Shown in pieces: positions 40,301 through 55,300 of a DNA stretch of 64,000 bases. Made by a program: the position numbers and the translations under genes. The notes under the pieces are model-generated. The model did no database searches, was not told the DNA's origin, and saw only the letters and a list, made by a program, of their open reading frames with translations. The DNA comes from Eledone cirrhosa (lineage: Eukaryota): positions 26,040,001-26,104,000 of the forward strand of contig OZ024741.1 of assembly GCA_964016885.1 (NCBI GenBank), written 5' to 3'. How positions within the stretch are numbered: position 1 is the stretch's first letter; each line of letters begins with the position of its first letter.

Positions 40301-43300
40301 AGAAACTGTCAGGAGAGCTGGCCAGCAGAAGATCTTCAGAGAAGAAACTGTCAGGAGAGCTGGACAGTAGAAGATCTTCAGAGAAGAAACTGTGAGGAGA
40401 GCTGGACAGTAGAAGATCTTCAGAGAAGAAACTGTCAGGAGAGCTGGACAGTAGAAGATCTTCAGAGAAGAAACTGTCAGGAGAGCTGGCCAGTAGAAGG
40501 TCTTTGGAGAAGAAACTGTCAGGAGAGCTGGACAGTAGAAGATCTTCAGAGAAGAAACTGTCAGGAGAGCTGGACAGTAGAAGATCTTCAGAGAAGAAAC
40601 TGTCAGGAGAGCTGGACAGTAGAAGGTCTTTGGAGAAGAAACTGTCAGGAGAGCTGGACAGTAGAAGATCTTCAGAGAAGAAACTGTCAGGAGAGCTGGC
40701 CAGTAGAAGATCTTCAGAGAAGAAACTGTCAGGAGAGCTGGACAGTAGAAGATCTTCAGAGAAGAAACTGTCAGGAGAGCTGGCCAGCAGAAGATGTTCA
40801 GAGAAGAAACTGTCAGGAGAGCTGGACAGTAGAAGATCTTCAGAGAAGAAACTGTCAGGAGAGCTGGCCAGCAGAAGATCTTCAGAGAAGAAACTGTCAG
40901 GAGAGCTGGACAGTAGAAGATCTTCAGAGAAGAAACTGTCAGGAGAGCTGGACAGTAGAAGATCTTCAGAGAAGAAACTGTCAGGAGAGCTGGCCAGCAG
41001 AAGATCTTCAGAGAAGAAACTGTCAGGAGAGCTGGACAGCAGAAGATCTTCAGAGAAGAAACTGTCAGGAGAGCTGGACAGTAGAAGATCTTCAGAGAAG
41101 AAACTGTCAGGAGAGCTGGACAGTAGAAGATCTTCAGAGAAGAAACTGTCAGGAGAGCTGGACAGTAGAAGATCTTCAGAGAAGAAACTGTCAGGAGAGC
41201 TGGCCAGCAGAAGATCTTCAGAGAAGAAACTGTCAGGAGAGCTGGCCAGCAGAAGATCTTCAGAGAAGAAACTGTCAGGAGAGCTGGACAGTAGAAGATC
41301 TTCAGAGAAGAAACTGTCAGGAGAGCTGGACAGTAGAAGATCTTCAGAGAAGAAACTGTCAGGAGAGCTGGCCAGCAGAAGATCTTCAGAGAAGAAACTG
41401 TCAGGAGGGCTGGACAGTAGAAGATCTTCAGAGAAGAAACTGTCAGGAGAGCTGGACAGTAGAAGATCTTCAGAGAAGAAACTGTCAGGAGAGCTGGACA
41501 GTAGAAGATCTTCAGAGAAGAAACTGTCAGGAGAGCTGGACAGTAGAAGATCTTCAGAGAAGAAACTGTCAGGAGAGCTGGCCAGCAGAAGGTCTTTGGA
41601 GAAGAAACTGTGAGGAGAGCTGGCCAGCAGAAGGTCTTTGGAGAAGAAACTGTCAGGAGAGCTGGACAGTAGAAGATCTTCAGAGAAGAAACTGTCAGGA
41701 GAGCTGGCCAGCAGAAGATCTTCAGAGAAGAAACTGTCAGGAGTGCTGGACAGTAGAAGATCTTCAGAGAAGAAACTGTGAGGAGAGCTGGACAGTAGAA
41801 GATCTTCAGAGAAGAAACTGTCAGGAGTGCTGGACAGTAGAAGATCTTCAGAGAAGAAACTGTCAGGAGTGCTGGACAGTAGAAGATCTTCAGAGAAGAA
41901 ACTGTCAGGAGAGCTGGACAGTAGAAGATCTTCAGAGAAGAAACTGTGAGGAGAGCTGGACAGTAGAAGATCTTCAGAGAAGAAACTGTCAGGAGTGCTG
42001 GACAGTAGAAGATCTTCAGAGAAGAAACTGTGAGGAGAGCTGGCCAGCAGAAGATCTTCAGAGAAGAAACTGTCAGGAGAGCTGGACAGCAGAAGATCTT
42101 CAGAGAAGAAACTGTCAGGAGAGCTGGCCAGCAGAAGATCTTCAGAGAAGAAACTGTCAGGAGAGCTGGCCAGCAGAAGATCTTCAGAGAAGAAACTGTC
42201 AGGAGAGCTGGACAGCAGAAGATCTTCAGAGAAGAAACTGTCAGGAGAGCTGGCCAGCAGAAGATCTTCAGAGAAGAAACTGTCAAGAGAGCTGGACAGT
42301 AGAAGATCTTCAGAGAAGAAACTGTCAGGAGAGCTGGACAGCAGAAGATCTTCAGAGAAGAAACTGTCAGGAGAGCTGGCCAGCAGAAGATCTTCAGAGA
42401 AGAAACTGTCAGGAGAGCTGGCCAGCAGAAGATCTTCAGAGAAGAAACTGTCAGGAGAGCTGGACAGTAGAAGATCTTCAGAGAAGAAACTGTCAGGAGA
42501 GCTGGCCAGCAGAAGATCTTCAGAGAAGAAACTGTCAGGAGAGCTGGACAGTAGAAGATCTTCAGAGAAGAAACTGTCAGGAGAGCTGGACAGTAGAAGA
42601 TCTTCAGAGAAGAAACTGTCAGGAGAGCTGGCCAGCAGAAGATCTTCAGAGAAGAAACTGTCAGGAGAGCTGGACAGTAGAAGATCTTCAGAGAAGAAAC
42701 TGTCAGGAGAGCTGGACAGTAGAAGATCTTCAGAGAAGAAACTGTCAGGAGAGCTGGACAGTAGAAGATCTTCAGAGAAGAAACTGTCAGGAGAGCTGGC
42801 CAGCAGAAGATCTTCAGAGAAGAAACTGTCAGGAGAGCTGGACAGTAGAAGATCTTCAGAGAAGAAACTGTCAGGAGAGCTGGACAGTAGAAGATCTTCA
42901 GAGAAGAAACTGTCAGGAGAGCTGGACAGTAGAAGATCTTCAGAGAAGAAACTGTCAAGAGAGCTGGACAGTAGAAGATCTTCAGAGAAGAAACTGTCAG
43001 GAGAGCTGGACAGTAGAAGATCTTCAGAGAAGAAACTGTCAGGAGAGCTGGCCAGCAGAAGATCTTCAGAGAAGAAACTGTCAGGAGAGCTGGACAGTAG
43101 AAGATCTTCAGAGAAGAAACTGTCAGGAGAGCTGGACAGTAGAAGATCTTCAGAGAAGAAACTGTCAGGAGAGCTGGACAGTAGAAGATCTTCAGAGAAG
43201 AAATTGTCAAGAGAGCTGGACAGTAGAAGATCTTCAGAGAAGAAACTGTCAGGAGAGCTGGACAGTAGAAGATCTTCAGAGAAGAAACTGTCAGGAGAGC

Positions 43301-46300
43301 TGGACAGTAGAAGATCTTCAGAGAAGAAACTGTCAGGAGAGCTGGACAGTAGAAGATCTTCAGAGAAGAAACTGTCAGGAGAGCTGGACAGTAGAAGATC
43401 TTCAGAGAAGAAACTGTCAGGAGAGCTGGACAGTAGAAGATCTTCAGAGAAGAAACTGTCAGGAGAGCTGGACAGTAGAAGATCTTCAGAGAAGAAACTG
43501 TCAGGAGAGCTGGACAGTAGAAGATCTTCAGAGAAGAAACTGTCAGGAGAGCTGGACAGTAGAAGATCTTCAGAGAAGAAACTGTCAAGAGAGCTGGACA
43601 GTAGAAGATCTTCAGAGAAGAAACTGTCAGGAGAGCTGGACAGTAGAAGATCTTCAGAGAAGAAACTGTCAGGAGAGCTGGCCAGCAGAAGATCTTCAGA
43701 GAAGAAACTGTCAGGAGAGCTGGACAGTAGAAGATCTTCAGAGAAGAAACTGTCAGGAGAGCTGGACAGTAGAAGATCTTCAGAGAAGAAACTGTCAGGA
43801 GAGCTGGACAGTAGAAGATCTTCAGAGAAGAAACTGTCAAGAGAGCTGGACAGTAGAAGATCTTCAGAGAAGAAACTGTCAGGAGAGCTGGACAGTAGAA
43901 GATCTTCAGAGAAGAAACTGTCAGGAGAGCTGGACAGTAGAAGATCTTCAGAGAAGAAACTGTGAGGAGAGCTGGACAGTAGAAGATCTTCAGAGAAGAA
44001 ACTGTCAGGAGAGCTGGACAGTAGAAGATCTTCAGAGAAGAAACTGTCAGGAGAGCTGGCCAGCAGAAGATCTTCAGAGAAGAAACTGTCAGGAGAGCTG
44101 GACAGTAGAAGATCTTCAGAGAAGAAACTGTCAGGAGAGCTGGCCAGCAGAAGATCTTCAGAGAAGAAACTGTCAGGAGAGCTGGACAGTAGAAGATCTT
44201 CAGAGAAGAAACTGTCAGGAGAGCTGGACAGTAGAAGATCTTCAGAGAAGAAACTGTCAGGAGAGCTGGACAGTAGAAGATCTTCAGAGAAGAAACTGTC
44301 AGGAGAGCTGGACAGTAGAAGATCTTCAGAGAAGAAACTGTCAGGAGAGCTGGACAGTAGAAGATCTTCAGAGAAGAAACTGTCAGGAGAGCTGGACAGT
44401 AGAAGATCTTCAGAGAAGAAACTGTCAGGAGAGCTGGCCAGCAGAAGATCTTCAGAGAAGAAACTGTCAGGAGAGCTGGACAGTAGAAGATCTTCAGAGA
44501 AGAAACTGTCAGGAGAGCTGGACAGTAGAAGATCTTCAGAGAAGAAACTGTCAGGAGAGCTGGACAGTAGAAGATCTTCAGAGAAGAAACTGTCAGGAGA
44601 GCTGGACAGTAGAAGATCTTCAGAGAAGAAACTGTCAGGAGAGCTGGACAGTAGAAGATCTTCAGAGAAGAAACTGTCAGGAGAGCTGGACAGTAGAAGA
44701 TCTTCAGAGAAGAAACTGTCAGGAGAGCTGGACAGTAGAAGATCTTCAGAGAAGAAACTGTCAGGAGAGCTGGACAGTAGAAGATCTTCAGAGAAGAAAC
44801 TGTCAGGAGAGCTGGACAGTAGAAGATCTTCAGAGAAGAAACTGTCAGGAGAGCTGGCCAGCAGAAGATCTTCAGAGAAGAAACTGTCAGGAGAGCTGGA
44901 CAGTAGATGTTCAGAGAAGAAACTGTCAGGAGAGCTGGCCAGCAGAAGATCTTCAGAGAAGAAACTGTCAGGAGAGCTGGACAGTAGAAGATCTTCAGAG
45001 AAGAAACTGTCAGGAGAGCTGGCCAGCAGAAGATCTTCAGAGAAGAAACTGTCAGGAGAGCTGGACAGTAGAAGATCTTCAGAGAAGAAACTGTCAGGAG
45101 AGCTGGCCAGCAGAAGATCTTCAGAGAAGAAACTGTCAGGAGAGCTGGACAGTAGAAGATCTTCAGAGAAGAAACTGTCAGGAGAGCTGGACAGTAGAAG
45201 ATCTTCAGAGAAGAAACTGTCAGGACAGCTGGACAGTAGAAGATCTTCAGAGAAGAAACTGTCAGGAGAGCTGGACAGTAGAAGATCTTCAGAGAAGAAA
45301 CTGTCAGGAGAGCTGGACAGTAGAAGATCTTCAGAGAAGAAACTGTCAGGACAGCTGGACAGTAGAAGATCTTCAGAGAAGAAACTGTCAGGAGAGCTGG
45401 ACAGTAGAAGATCTTCAGAGAAGAAACTGTCAGGAGAGCTGGACAGTAGAAGATCTTCAGAGAAGAAACTGTCAGGAGAGCTGGCCAGCAGAAGATCTTC
45501 AGAGAAGAAACTGTCAGGAGAGCTGGACAGTAGAAGATGTTCAGAGAAGAAACTGTCAGGAGAGCTGGACAGTAGAAGATCTTCAGAGAAGAAACTGTCA
45601 GGAGAGCTGGACAGTAGAAGATCTTCAGAGAAGAAACTGTCAGGAGAGCTGGCCCGCAGAAGGTCTTTGGAGAAGAAACTGTCAGGAGAGCTGGCCAGCA
45701 GAAGATCTTCAGAGAAGAAACTGTCAGGAGAGCTGGACAGTAGAAGATCTTCAGAGAAGAAACTGTCAGGAGAGCTGGACAGTAGAAGATCTTCAGAGAA
45801 GAAACTGTCAGGAGAGCTGGCCAGCAGAAGATCTTCAGAGAAGAAACTGTCAGGAGAGCTGGCCAGCAGAAGATCTTCAGAGAAGAAACTGTCAGGAGAG
45901 CTGGCCAGCAGAAGATCTTCAGAGAAGAAACTGTCAGGAGAGCTGGACAGTAGAAGATCTTCAGAGAAGAAACTGTCAGGAGTGCTGGACAGTAGAAGAT
46001 CTTCAGAGAAGAAACTGTCAGGAGAGCTGGACAGCAGAAGATCTTCAGAGAAGAAACTGTCAGGAGAGCTGGCCAGCAGAAGATCTTCAGAGAAGAAACT
46101 GTCAGGAGAGCTGGACAGTAGAAGATCTTCAGAGAAGAAACTGTCAGGAGAGCTGGCCAGCAGAAGATCTTCAGAGAAGAAACTGTCAGGAGAGCTGGAC
46201 AGTAGAAGATCTTCAGAGAAGAAACTGTCAGGAGAGCTGGACAGTAGAAGATCTTCAGAGAAGAAACTGTCAGGAGAGCTGGACAGTAGAAGATCTTCAG

Positions 46301-49300
46301 AGAAGAAACTGTCAGGAGAGCTGGACAGTAGAAGATCTTCAGAGAAGAAACTGTCAGGAGAGCTGGACAGTAGAAGATCTTCAGAGAAGAAACTGTCAGG
46401 AGAGCTGGCCAGCAGAAGATCTTCAGAGAAGAAACTGTCAGGAGAGCTGGACAGTAGAAGATCTTCAGAGAAGAAACTGTCAGGAGAGCTGGACAGTAGA
46501 AGATCTTCAGAGAAGAAACTGTCAGGAGAGCTGGACAGTAGAAGATCTTCAGAGAAGAAACTGTCAGGAGAGCTGGACAGTAGAAGATCTTCAGAGAAGA
46601 AACTGTCAGGAGAGCTGGCCAGCAGAAGGTCTTTGGAGAAGAAACTGTGAGGAGAGCTGGACAGTAGAAGATCTTCAGAGAAGAAACTGTCAGGAGTGCT
46701 GGACAGTAGAAGATCTTCAGAGAAGAAACTGTCAGGAGAGCTGGACAGCAGAAGATCTTCAGAGAAGAAACTGTCAGGAGAGCTGGCCAGCAGAAGATCT
46801 TCAGAGAAGAAACTGTCAGGAGAGCTGGACAGTAGAAGATCTTCAGAGAAGAAACTGTCAGGAGAGCTGGACAGTAGAAGATCTTCAGAGAAGAAACTGT
46901 CAGGAGAGCTGGACAGTAGAAGATCTTCAGAGAAGAAACTGTCAGGAGAGCTGGCCAGCAGAAGGTCTTTGGAGAAGAAACTGTGAGGAGAGCTGGACAG
47001 TAGAAGATCTTCAGAGAAGAACTGTCAGAAGAGCTGGACAGTAGAAGATCTTCAGAGAAGAAACTGTCAGGAGAGCTGGACAGTAGAAGATCTTCAGAGA
47101 AGAAACTGTCAGGAGAGCTGGACAGTAGAAGATCTTCAGAGAAGAAACTGTCAGGAGAGCTGGCCAGCAGAAGATCTTCAGAGAAGAAACTGTCAGGAGA
47201 GCTGGACAGTAGAAGATCTTCAGAGAAGAAACTGTCAGGAGAGCTGGCCAGCAGAAGATCTTCAGAGAAGAAACTGTCAGGAGAGCTGGACAGTAGAAGA
47301 TGTTCAGAGAAGAAACTGTCACGAGAGCTGGCCAGCAGAAGATCTTCAGAGAAGAAACTGTCAGGAGAGCTGGACAGTAGAAGATCTTCAGAGAAGAAAC
47401 TGTCAGGAGAGCTGGCCAGCAGAAGATCTTCAGAGAAGAAACTGTCAGGAGAGCTGGACAGTAGAAGATCTTCAGAGAAGAAACTGTCAGGAGAGCTGGC
47501 CAGCAGAAGATCTTCAGAGAAGAAACTGTCAGGAGAGCTGGACAGTAGAAGATCTTCAGAGAAGAAACTGTCAGGAGAGCTGGCCCGCAGAAGATCTTTG
47601 GAGAAGAAACTGTCAGGAGAGCTGGCCAGCAGAAGATCTTCAGAGAAGAAACTGTCAGGAGAGCTGGCCAGCAGAAGGTCTTCAGAGAAGAAACTGTCAG
47701 GAGAGCTGGACAGTAGAAGGTCTTCAGAGAAGAAACTGTCAGGAGAGCTGGCCAGCAGAAGATCTTCAGAGAAGAAACTGTCAGGAGAGCTGGACAGTAG
47801 AAGATCTTCAGAGAAGAAACTGTCAGGAGAGCTGGACAGTAGAAGATCTTCAGAGAAGAAACTGTCAGGAGAGCTGGACAGTAGAAGATCTTCAGAGAAG
47901 AAACTGTCAGGAGAGCTGGACAGTAGAAGATCTTCAGAGAAGAAACTGTCAGGAGAGCTGGACAGTAGAAGATCTTCAGAGAAGAAACTGTCAGGAGAGC
48001 TGGACAGTAGAAGATCTTCAGAGAAGAAACTGTCAGGAGAGCTGGACAGTAGAAGATCTTCAGAGAAGAAACTGTCAGGAGAGCTGGACAGTAGAAGATC
48101 TTCAGAGAAGAAACTGTCAGGAGAGCTGGACAGTAGAAGATCTTCAGAGAAGAAACTGTCAGGAGAGCTGGACAGTAGAAGATCTTCAGAGAAGAAACTG
48201 TCAGGAGAGCTGGACAGTAGAAGGTCTTCAGAGAAGAAACTGTCAGGAGAGCTGGACAGTAGAAGATCTTCAGAGAAGAAACTGTCAGGAGAGCTGGACA
48301 GTAGAAGATCTTCAGAGAAGAAACTGTCAGGAGAGCTGGCCCGCAGAAGATCTTTGGAGAAGAAACTGTCAGGAGAGCTGGCCAGTAGAAGATCTTTGGA
48401 GAAGAAACTGTCAGGAGAGCTGGCCAGCAGAAGATCTTCAGAGAAGAAACTGTCAGGAGAGCTGGCCCGCAGAAGATCTTTGGAGAAGAAACTGTCAGGA
48501 GAGCTGGACAGTAGAAGATCTTCAGAGAAGAAACTGTCAGGAGAGCTGGCCCGCAGAAGATCTTTGGAGAAGAAACTGTCAGGAGAGCTGGACAGTAGAA
48601 GATCTTCAGAGAAGAAACTGTCAGGAGAGCTGGCCCGCAGAAGATCTTTGGAGAAGAAACTGTCAGGAGAGCTGGACAGTAGAAGATCTTCAGAGAAGAA
48701 ACTGTCAGGAGAGCTGGCCCGCAGAAGATCTTCAGAGAAGAAACTGTCAGGAGAGCTGGCCCGCAGAAGATCTTTGGAGAAGAAACTGTCAGGAGAGCTG
48801 GCCAGCAGAAGATCTTCAGAGAAGAAACTGTCAGGAGAGCTGGACAGTAGAAGATCTTCAGAGAAGAAACTGTCAGGAGAGCTGGCCAGCAGAAGATCTT
48901 CAGAGAAGAAACTGTCAGGAGAGCTGGCCCGCAGAAGATCTTTGGAGAAGAAACTGTCAGGAGAGCTGGCCAGCAGAAGATCTTCAGAGAAGAAACTGTC
49001 AGGAGAGCTGGCCCGCAGAAGATCTTTGGAGAAGAAACTGTCAGGAGAGCTGGACAGTAGAAGATCTTCAGAGAAGAAACTGTCAGGAGAGCTGGCCCGC
49101 AGAAGATCTTTGGAGAAGAAACTGTCAGGAGAGCTGGACAGTAGAAGATCTTCAGAGAAGAAACTGTCAGGAGAGCTGGCCAGCAGAAGATCTTCAGAGA
49201 AGAAACTGTCAAGAGAGCTGGACAGTAGAAGATCTTCAGAGAAGAAACTGTCAGGAGAGCTGGACAGTAGAAGATCTTCAGAGAAGAAACTGTCAGGAGA

Positions 49301-52300
49301 GCTGGACAGCAGAAGATCTTTGGAGAAGAAACTGTCAGGAGAGCTGGCCAGCAGAAGATCTTCAGAGAAGAAACTGTCAGGAGAGCTGGACAGTAGAAGA
49401 TCTTCAGAGAAGAAACTGTCAGGAGAGCTGGCCCGCAGAAGATCTTTGGAGAAGAAACTGTCAGGAGAGCTGGCCCGCAGAAGATCTTTGGAGAAGAAAC
49501 TGTCAGGAGAGCTGGACAGTAGAAGATCTTCAGAGAAGAAACTGTCAGGAGAGCTGGCCCGCAGAAGATCTTTGGAGAAGAAACTGTCAGGAGAGCTGGA
49601 CAGTAGAAGATCTTCAGAGAAGAAACTGTCAGGAGAGCTGAACAGTAGAAGATCTTCAGAGAAGAAACTGTCAGGAGAGCTGGCCAGCAGAAGATCTTCA
49701 GAGAAGAAACTGTCAGGAGAGCTGAACAGTAGAAGATCTTCAGAGAAGAAACTGTCAGGAGAGCTGGCCAGCAGAAGATCTTCAGAGAAGAAACTGTCAG
49801 GAGAGCTGGACAGTAGAAGATCTTCAGAGAAGAAACTGTCAGGAGAGCTGGACAGTAGAAGATCTTCAGAGAAGAAACTGTCAGGAGAGCTGGCCAGCAG
49901 AAGATCTTCAGAGAAGAAACTGTCAGGAGAGCTGGCCAGCAGAAGATCTTCAGAGAAGAAACTGTCAGGAGAGCTGGACAGTAGAAGATCTTCAGAGAAG
50001 AAACTGTCAGGAGAGCTGGCCAGCAGAAGATCTTCAGAGAAGAAACTGTCAGGAGAGCTGGACAGTAGAAGATCTTCAGAGAAGAAACTGTCAGGAGAGC
50101 TGGCCAGCAGAAGATCTTCAGAGAAGAAACTGTCAGGAGAGCTGGACAGTAGAAGATCTTCAGAGAAGAAACTGTCAGGAGAGCTGGCCAGCAGAAGATC
50201 TTCAGAGAAGAAACTGTCAGGAGAGCTGGACAGTAGAAGATCTTCAGAGAAGAAACTGTCAGGAGAGCTGGCCAGCAGAAGATCTTCAGAGAAGAAACTG
50301 TCAGGAGAGCTGGACAGTAGAAGATCTTCAGAGAAGAAACTGTCAGGAGAGCTGGCCAGCAGAAGATCTTCAGAGAAGAAACTGTCAGGAGAGCTGGACA
50401 GTAGAAGATCTTCAGAGAAGAAACTGTCAGGAGAGCTGGACAGTAGAAGATGTTCAGAGAAGAAACTGTCAGGACAGCTGGCCAGCAGAAGGTCTTTGGA
50501 GAAGAAACTGTCAGGAGAGCTGGACAGTAGAAGATCTTCAGAGAAGAAACTGTCAGGAGAGCTGGCCAGCAGAAGATCTTCAGAGAAGAAACTGCCAGGA
50601 GAGCTGGCCAGCAGAAGATCTTCAGAGAAGAAACTGTCAGGAGAGCTGGCCAGCAGAAGATCTTCAGAGAAGAAACTGTCAGGAGAGCTGGCCAGCAGAA
50701 GATCTTCAGAGAAGAAACTGTCAGGAGAGCTGGACAGTAGAAGATCTTCAGAGAAGAAACTGTCAGGAGAGCTGGACAGTAGAAGATCTTCAGAGAAGAA
50801 ACTGTCAGGAGAGCTGGCCCGCAGAAGATCTTTGGAGAAGAAACTGTCAAGAGAGCTGGCCAGCAGAAGATCTTCAGAGAAGAAACTGTCAGGAGAGCTG
50901 GCCAGTAGAAGATCTTCAGAGAAGAAACTGTCAGGAGAGCTGGACAGTAGAAGATCTTCAGAGAAGAAACTGTCAGGAGTGCTGGACAGTAGAAGATCTT
51001 CAGAGAAGAAACTGTCAGGAGAGCTGGACAGTAGAAGATCTTCAGAGAAGAAACTGTCAGGAGAGCTGGACAGTAGAAGATCTTCAGAGAAGAAACTGTC
51101 AGGAGAGCTGGACAGTAGAAGATCTTCAGAGAAGAAACTGTCAGCAGAGCTGGCCAGCAGAAGATCTTCAGAGAAGAAACTGTCAGGAGAGCTGGACAGT
51201 AGAAGATCTTCAGAGAAGAAACTGTCAGGAGAGCTGGACAGTAGAAGATCTTCAGAGAAGAAACTGTCAGGAGAGCTGGCCAGCAGAAGATCTTCAGAGA
51301 AGAAACTGTCAGGAGAGCTGGCCAGCAGAAGATCTTCAGAGAAGAAACTGTCAGGAGAGCTGGCCAGCAGAAGATCTTCAGAGAAGAAACTGTCAGGAGA
51401 GCTGGACAGTAGAAGATCTTCAGAGAAGAAACTGTCAGGAGAGCTGGACAGTAGAAGATCTTCAGAGAAGAAACTGTCAGGAGAGCTGGCCCGCAGAAGA
51501 TCTTTGGAGAAGAAACTGTCAGGAGAGCTGGCCAGCAGAAGATCTTCAGAGAAGAAACTGTCAGGAGAGCTGGCCAGTAGAAGATCTTCAGAGAAGAAAC
51601 TGTCAGGAGAGCTGGACAGTAGAAGATCTTCAGAGAAGAAACTGTCAGGAGTGCTGGACAGTAGAAGATCTTAAGAGAAGAAACTGTCAGGAGAGCTGGA
51701 CAGTAGAAGATCTTCAGAGAAGAAACTGTCAGGAGAGCTGGACAGTAGAAGATCTTCAGAGAAGAAACTGTCAGGAGAGCTGGACAGTAGAAGATCTTCA
51801 GAGAAGAAACTGTCAGGAGAGCTGGCCAGCAGAAGATCTTCAGAGAAGAAACTGTCAGGAGAGCTGGACAGTAGAAGATCTTCAGAGAAGAAACTGTCAG
51901 GAGAGCTGGACAGTAGAAGATCTTCAGAGAAGAAACTGTCAGGAGAGCTGGCCAGCAGAAGATCTTCAGAGAAGAAACTGTCAGGAGAGCTGGACAGTAG
52001 AAGATCTTCAGAGAAGAAACTGTCAGGAGAGCTGGACAGTAGAAGATCTTCAGAGAAGAAACTGTCAGGAGAGCTGGACAGTAGAAGATCTTCAGAGAAG
52101 AAACTGTCAGGAGAGCTGGACAGTAGAAGATCTTCAGAGAAGAAACTGTCAGGAGAGCTGGACAGTAGAAGATCTTCAGAGAAGAAACTGTCAGGAGAGC
52201 TGGACAGTAGAAGATCTTCAGAGAAGAAACTGTCAGGAGAGCTGGACAGTAGAAGATCTTCAGAGAAGAAACTGTCAGGAGAGCTGGACAGTAGAAGATC

Positions 52301-55300
52301 TTCAGAGAAGAAACTGTCAGGAGAGCTGGACAGTAGAAGATCTTCAGAGAAGAAACTGTCAGGAGAGCTGGACAGTAGAAGATCTTCAGAGAAGAAACTG
52401 TCAGGAGAACTGGACAGTAGAAGATCTTCAGAGAAGAAACTGTCAGGAGAGCTGGCCAGCAGAAGATCTTCAGAGAAGAAACTGTCAGGAGAGCTGGCCA
52501 GCAGAAGATCTTCAGAGAAGAAACTGTCAGGAGAGCTGGCCAGCAGAAGATCTTCAGAGAAGAAACTGTCAGGAGAGCTGGACAGTAGAAGATCTTCAGA
52601 GAAGAAACTGTCAGGAGTGCTGGACAGTAGAAGATCTTCAGAGAAGAAACTGTCAGGAGAGCTGGACAGTAGAAGATCTTCAGAGAAGAAACTGTCAGGA
52701 GAGCTGGACAGTAGAAGATCTTCAGAGAAGAAACTGTCAGGAGAGCTGGCCAGCAGAAGATCTTCAGAGAAGAAACTGTCAGGAGAGCTGGACAGTAGAA
52801 GATCTTCAGAGAAGAAACTGTCAGGAGAGCTGGACAGTAGAAGATCTTCAGAGAAGAAACTGTCAGGAGAGCTGGCCAGCAGAAGATCTTCAGAGAAGAA
52901 ACTGTCAGGAGAGCCGGACAGTAGAAGATCTTCAGAGAAGAAACTGTCAGGAGAGCTGGCCAGCAGAAGATCTTCAGAGAAGAAACTGTCAGGAGAGCTG
53001 GACAGTAGAAGATCTTCAGAGAAGAAACTGTCAGGAGAGCTGGCCAGCAGAAGATCTTCAGAGAAGAAACTGTCAGGAGAGCTGGACAGCAGAAGATCTT
53101 CAGAGAAGAAACTGTCAGGAGAGCTGGACAGTAGAAGATCTTCAGAGAAGAAACTGTCAGGAGAGCTGGCCAGCAGAAGATCTTCAGAGAAGAAATTGTC
53201 AGGAGAGCTGGACAGTAGAAGATCTTCAGAGAAGAAACTGTCAGGAGAGCTGGACAGTAGAAGATCTTCAGAGAAGAAACTGTCAGGAGAGCTGGACAGC
53301 AGAAGATCTTCAGAGAAGAAACTGTCAGGAGAGCTGGACAGTAGAAGATCTTCAGAGAAGAAACTGTCAGGAGAGCTGGACAGTAGAAGATCTTCAGAGA
53401 AGAAACTGTCAGGAGAGCTGGCCAGCAGAAGATCTTCAGAGAAGAAACTGTCAGGAGAGCTGGACAGTAGAAGATCTTCAGAGAAGAAACTGTCAGGAGA
53501 GCTGGACAGTAGAAGATCTTCAGAGAAGAAACTGTCAGGAGAGCTGGCCAGCAGAAGATCTTCAGAGAAGAAACTGTCAGGAGAGCTGGACAGTAGAAGA
53601 TCTTCAGAGAAGAAACTGTCAGGAGAGCTGGCCAGCAGAAGATCTTCAGAGAAGAAACTGTCAGGAGAGCTGGCCAGCAGAAGATCTTCAGAGAAGAAAC
53701 TGTCAGGAGAGCTGGACAGTAGAAGATCTTCAGAGAAGAAACTGTCAGGAGAGCTGGACAGTAGAAGATCTTCAGAGAAGAAACTGTCAGGAGAGCTGGA
53801 CAGTAGAAGATCTTCAGAGAAGAAACTGTCAGGAGAGCTGGCCAGCAGAAGATCTTCAGAGAAGAAACTGTCAGGAGAGCTGGACAGTAGAAGATCTTCA
53901 GAGAAGAAACTGTCAGGAGAGCTGGACAGTAGAAGATCTTCAGAGAAGAAACTGTCAGGAGAGCTGGACAGTAGAAGGTCTTCAGAGAAGAAACTGTCAG
54001 GAGAGCTGGACAGTAGAAGATCTTCAGAGAAGAAACTGTCAGGAGAGCTGGACAGTAGAAGATCTTCAGAGAAGAAACTGTCAGGAGAGCTGGCCAGCAG
54101 AAGATCTTCAGAGAAGAAACTGTCAGGAGAGCTGGACAGTAGAAGATCTTCAGAGAAGAAACTGTCAGGAGAGCTGGCCAGCAGAAGATCTTCAGAGAAG
54201 AAACTGTCAGGAGAGCTGGACAGTAGAAGATCTTCAGAGAAGAAACTGTCAGGAGAGCTGGACAGTAGAAGATCTTCAGAGAAGAAACTGTCAGGAGAGC
54301 TGGCCAGCAGAAGATCTTCAGAGAAGAAACTGTCAGGAGAGCTGGACAGTAGAAGATCTTCAGAGAAGAAACTGTCAGGAGAGCTGGACAGTAGAAGATC
54401 TTCAGAGAAGAAACTGTCAGGAGAGCTGGCCAGCAGAAGATCTTCAGATAAGAAACTGTCAGGAGAGCTGGCCAGCAGAAGATCTTCAGAGAAGAAACTG
54501 TCAGGAGTGCTGGACAGTAGAAGATCTTCAGAGAAGAAACTGTCAGGAGAGCTGGACAGTAGAAGATCTTCAGAGAAGAAACTGTCAGGAGAGCTGGACA
54601 GTAGAAGATCTTCAGAGAAGAAACTGTCACGAGAGCTGGACAGTAGAAGATCTTCAGAGAAGAAACTGTCAGGAGAGCTGGACAGTAGAAGATCTTCAGA
54701 GAAGAAACTGTCAGGAGAGCTGGCCAGCAGAAGATCTTCAGAGAAGAAACTGTCAGGAGAGCTGGCCAGCAGAAGATCTTCAGAGAAGAAACTGTCAGGA
54801 GAGCTGGCCAGCAGAAGATCTTCAGAGAAGAAACTGTCAGGAGAGCTGGCCAGCAGAAGATCTTCAGAGAAGAAACTGTCAGGAGAGCTGGACAGTAGAA
54901 GATCTTCAGAGAAGAAACTGTCACGAGAGCTGGACAGTAGAAGATCTTCAGAGAAGAAACTGTCAGGAGAGCTGGCCAGCAGAAGATCTTCAGAGAAGAA
55001 ACTGTCAGGAGAGCTGGACAGTAGAAGATCTTCAGAGAAGAAACTGTCAGGAGAGCTGGCCAGTAGAAGGTCTTCAGAGAAGAAACTGTCAGGAGAGCTG
55101 GACAGTAGAAGATCTTCAGAGAAGAAACTGTCACGAGAGCTGGACAGTAGAAGATCTTCAGAGAAGAAACTGTCAGGAGAGCTGGCCAGCAGAAGATCTT
55201 CAGAGAAGAAACTGTCAGGAGAGCTGGACAGTAGAAGATCTTCAGAGAAGAAACTGTCAGGAGAGCTGGACAGTAGAAGATCTTCAGAGAAGAAACTGTC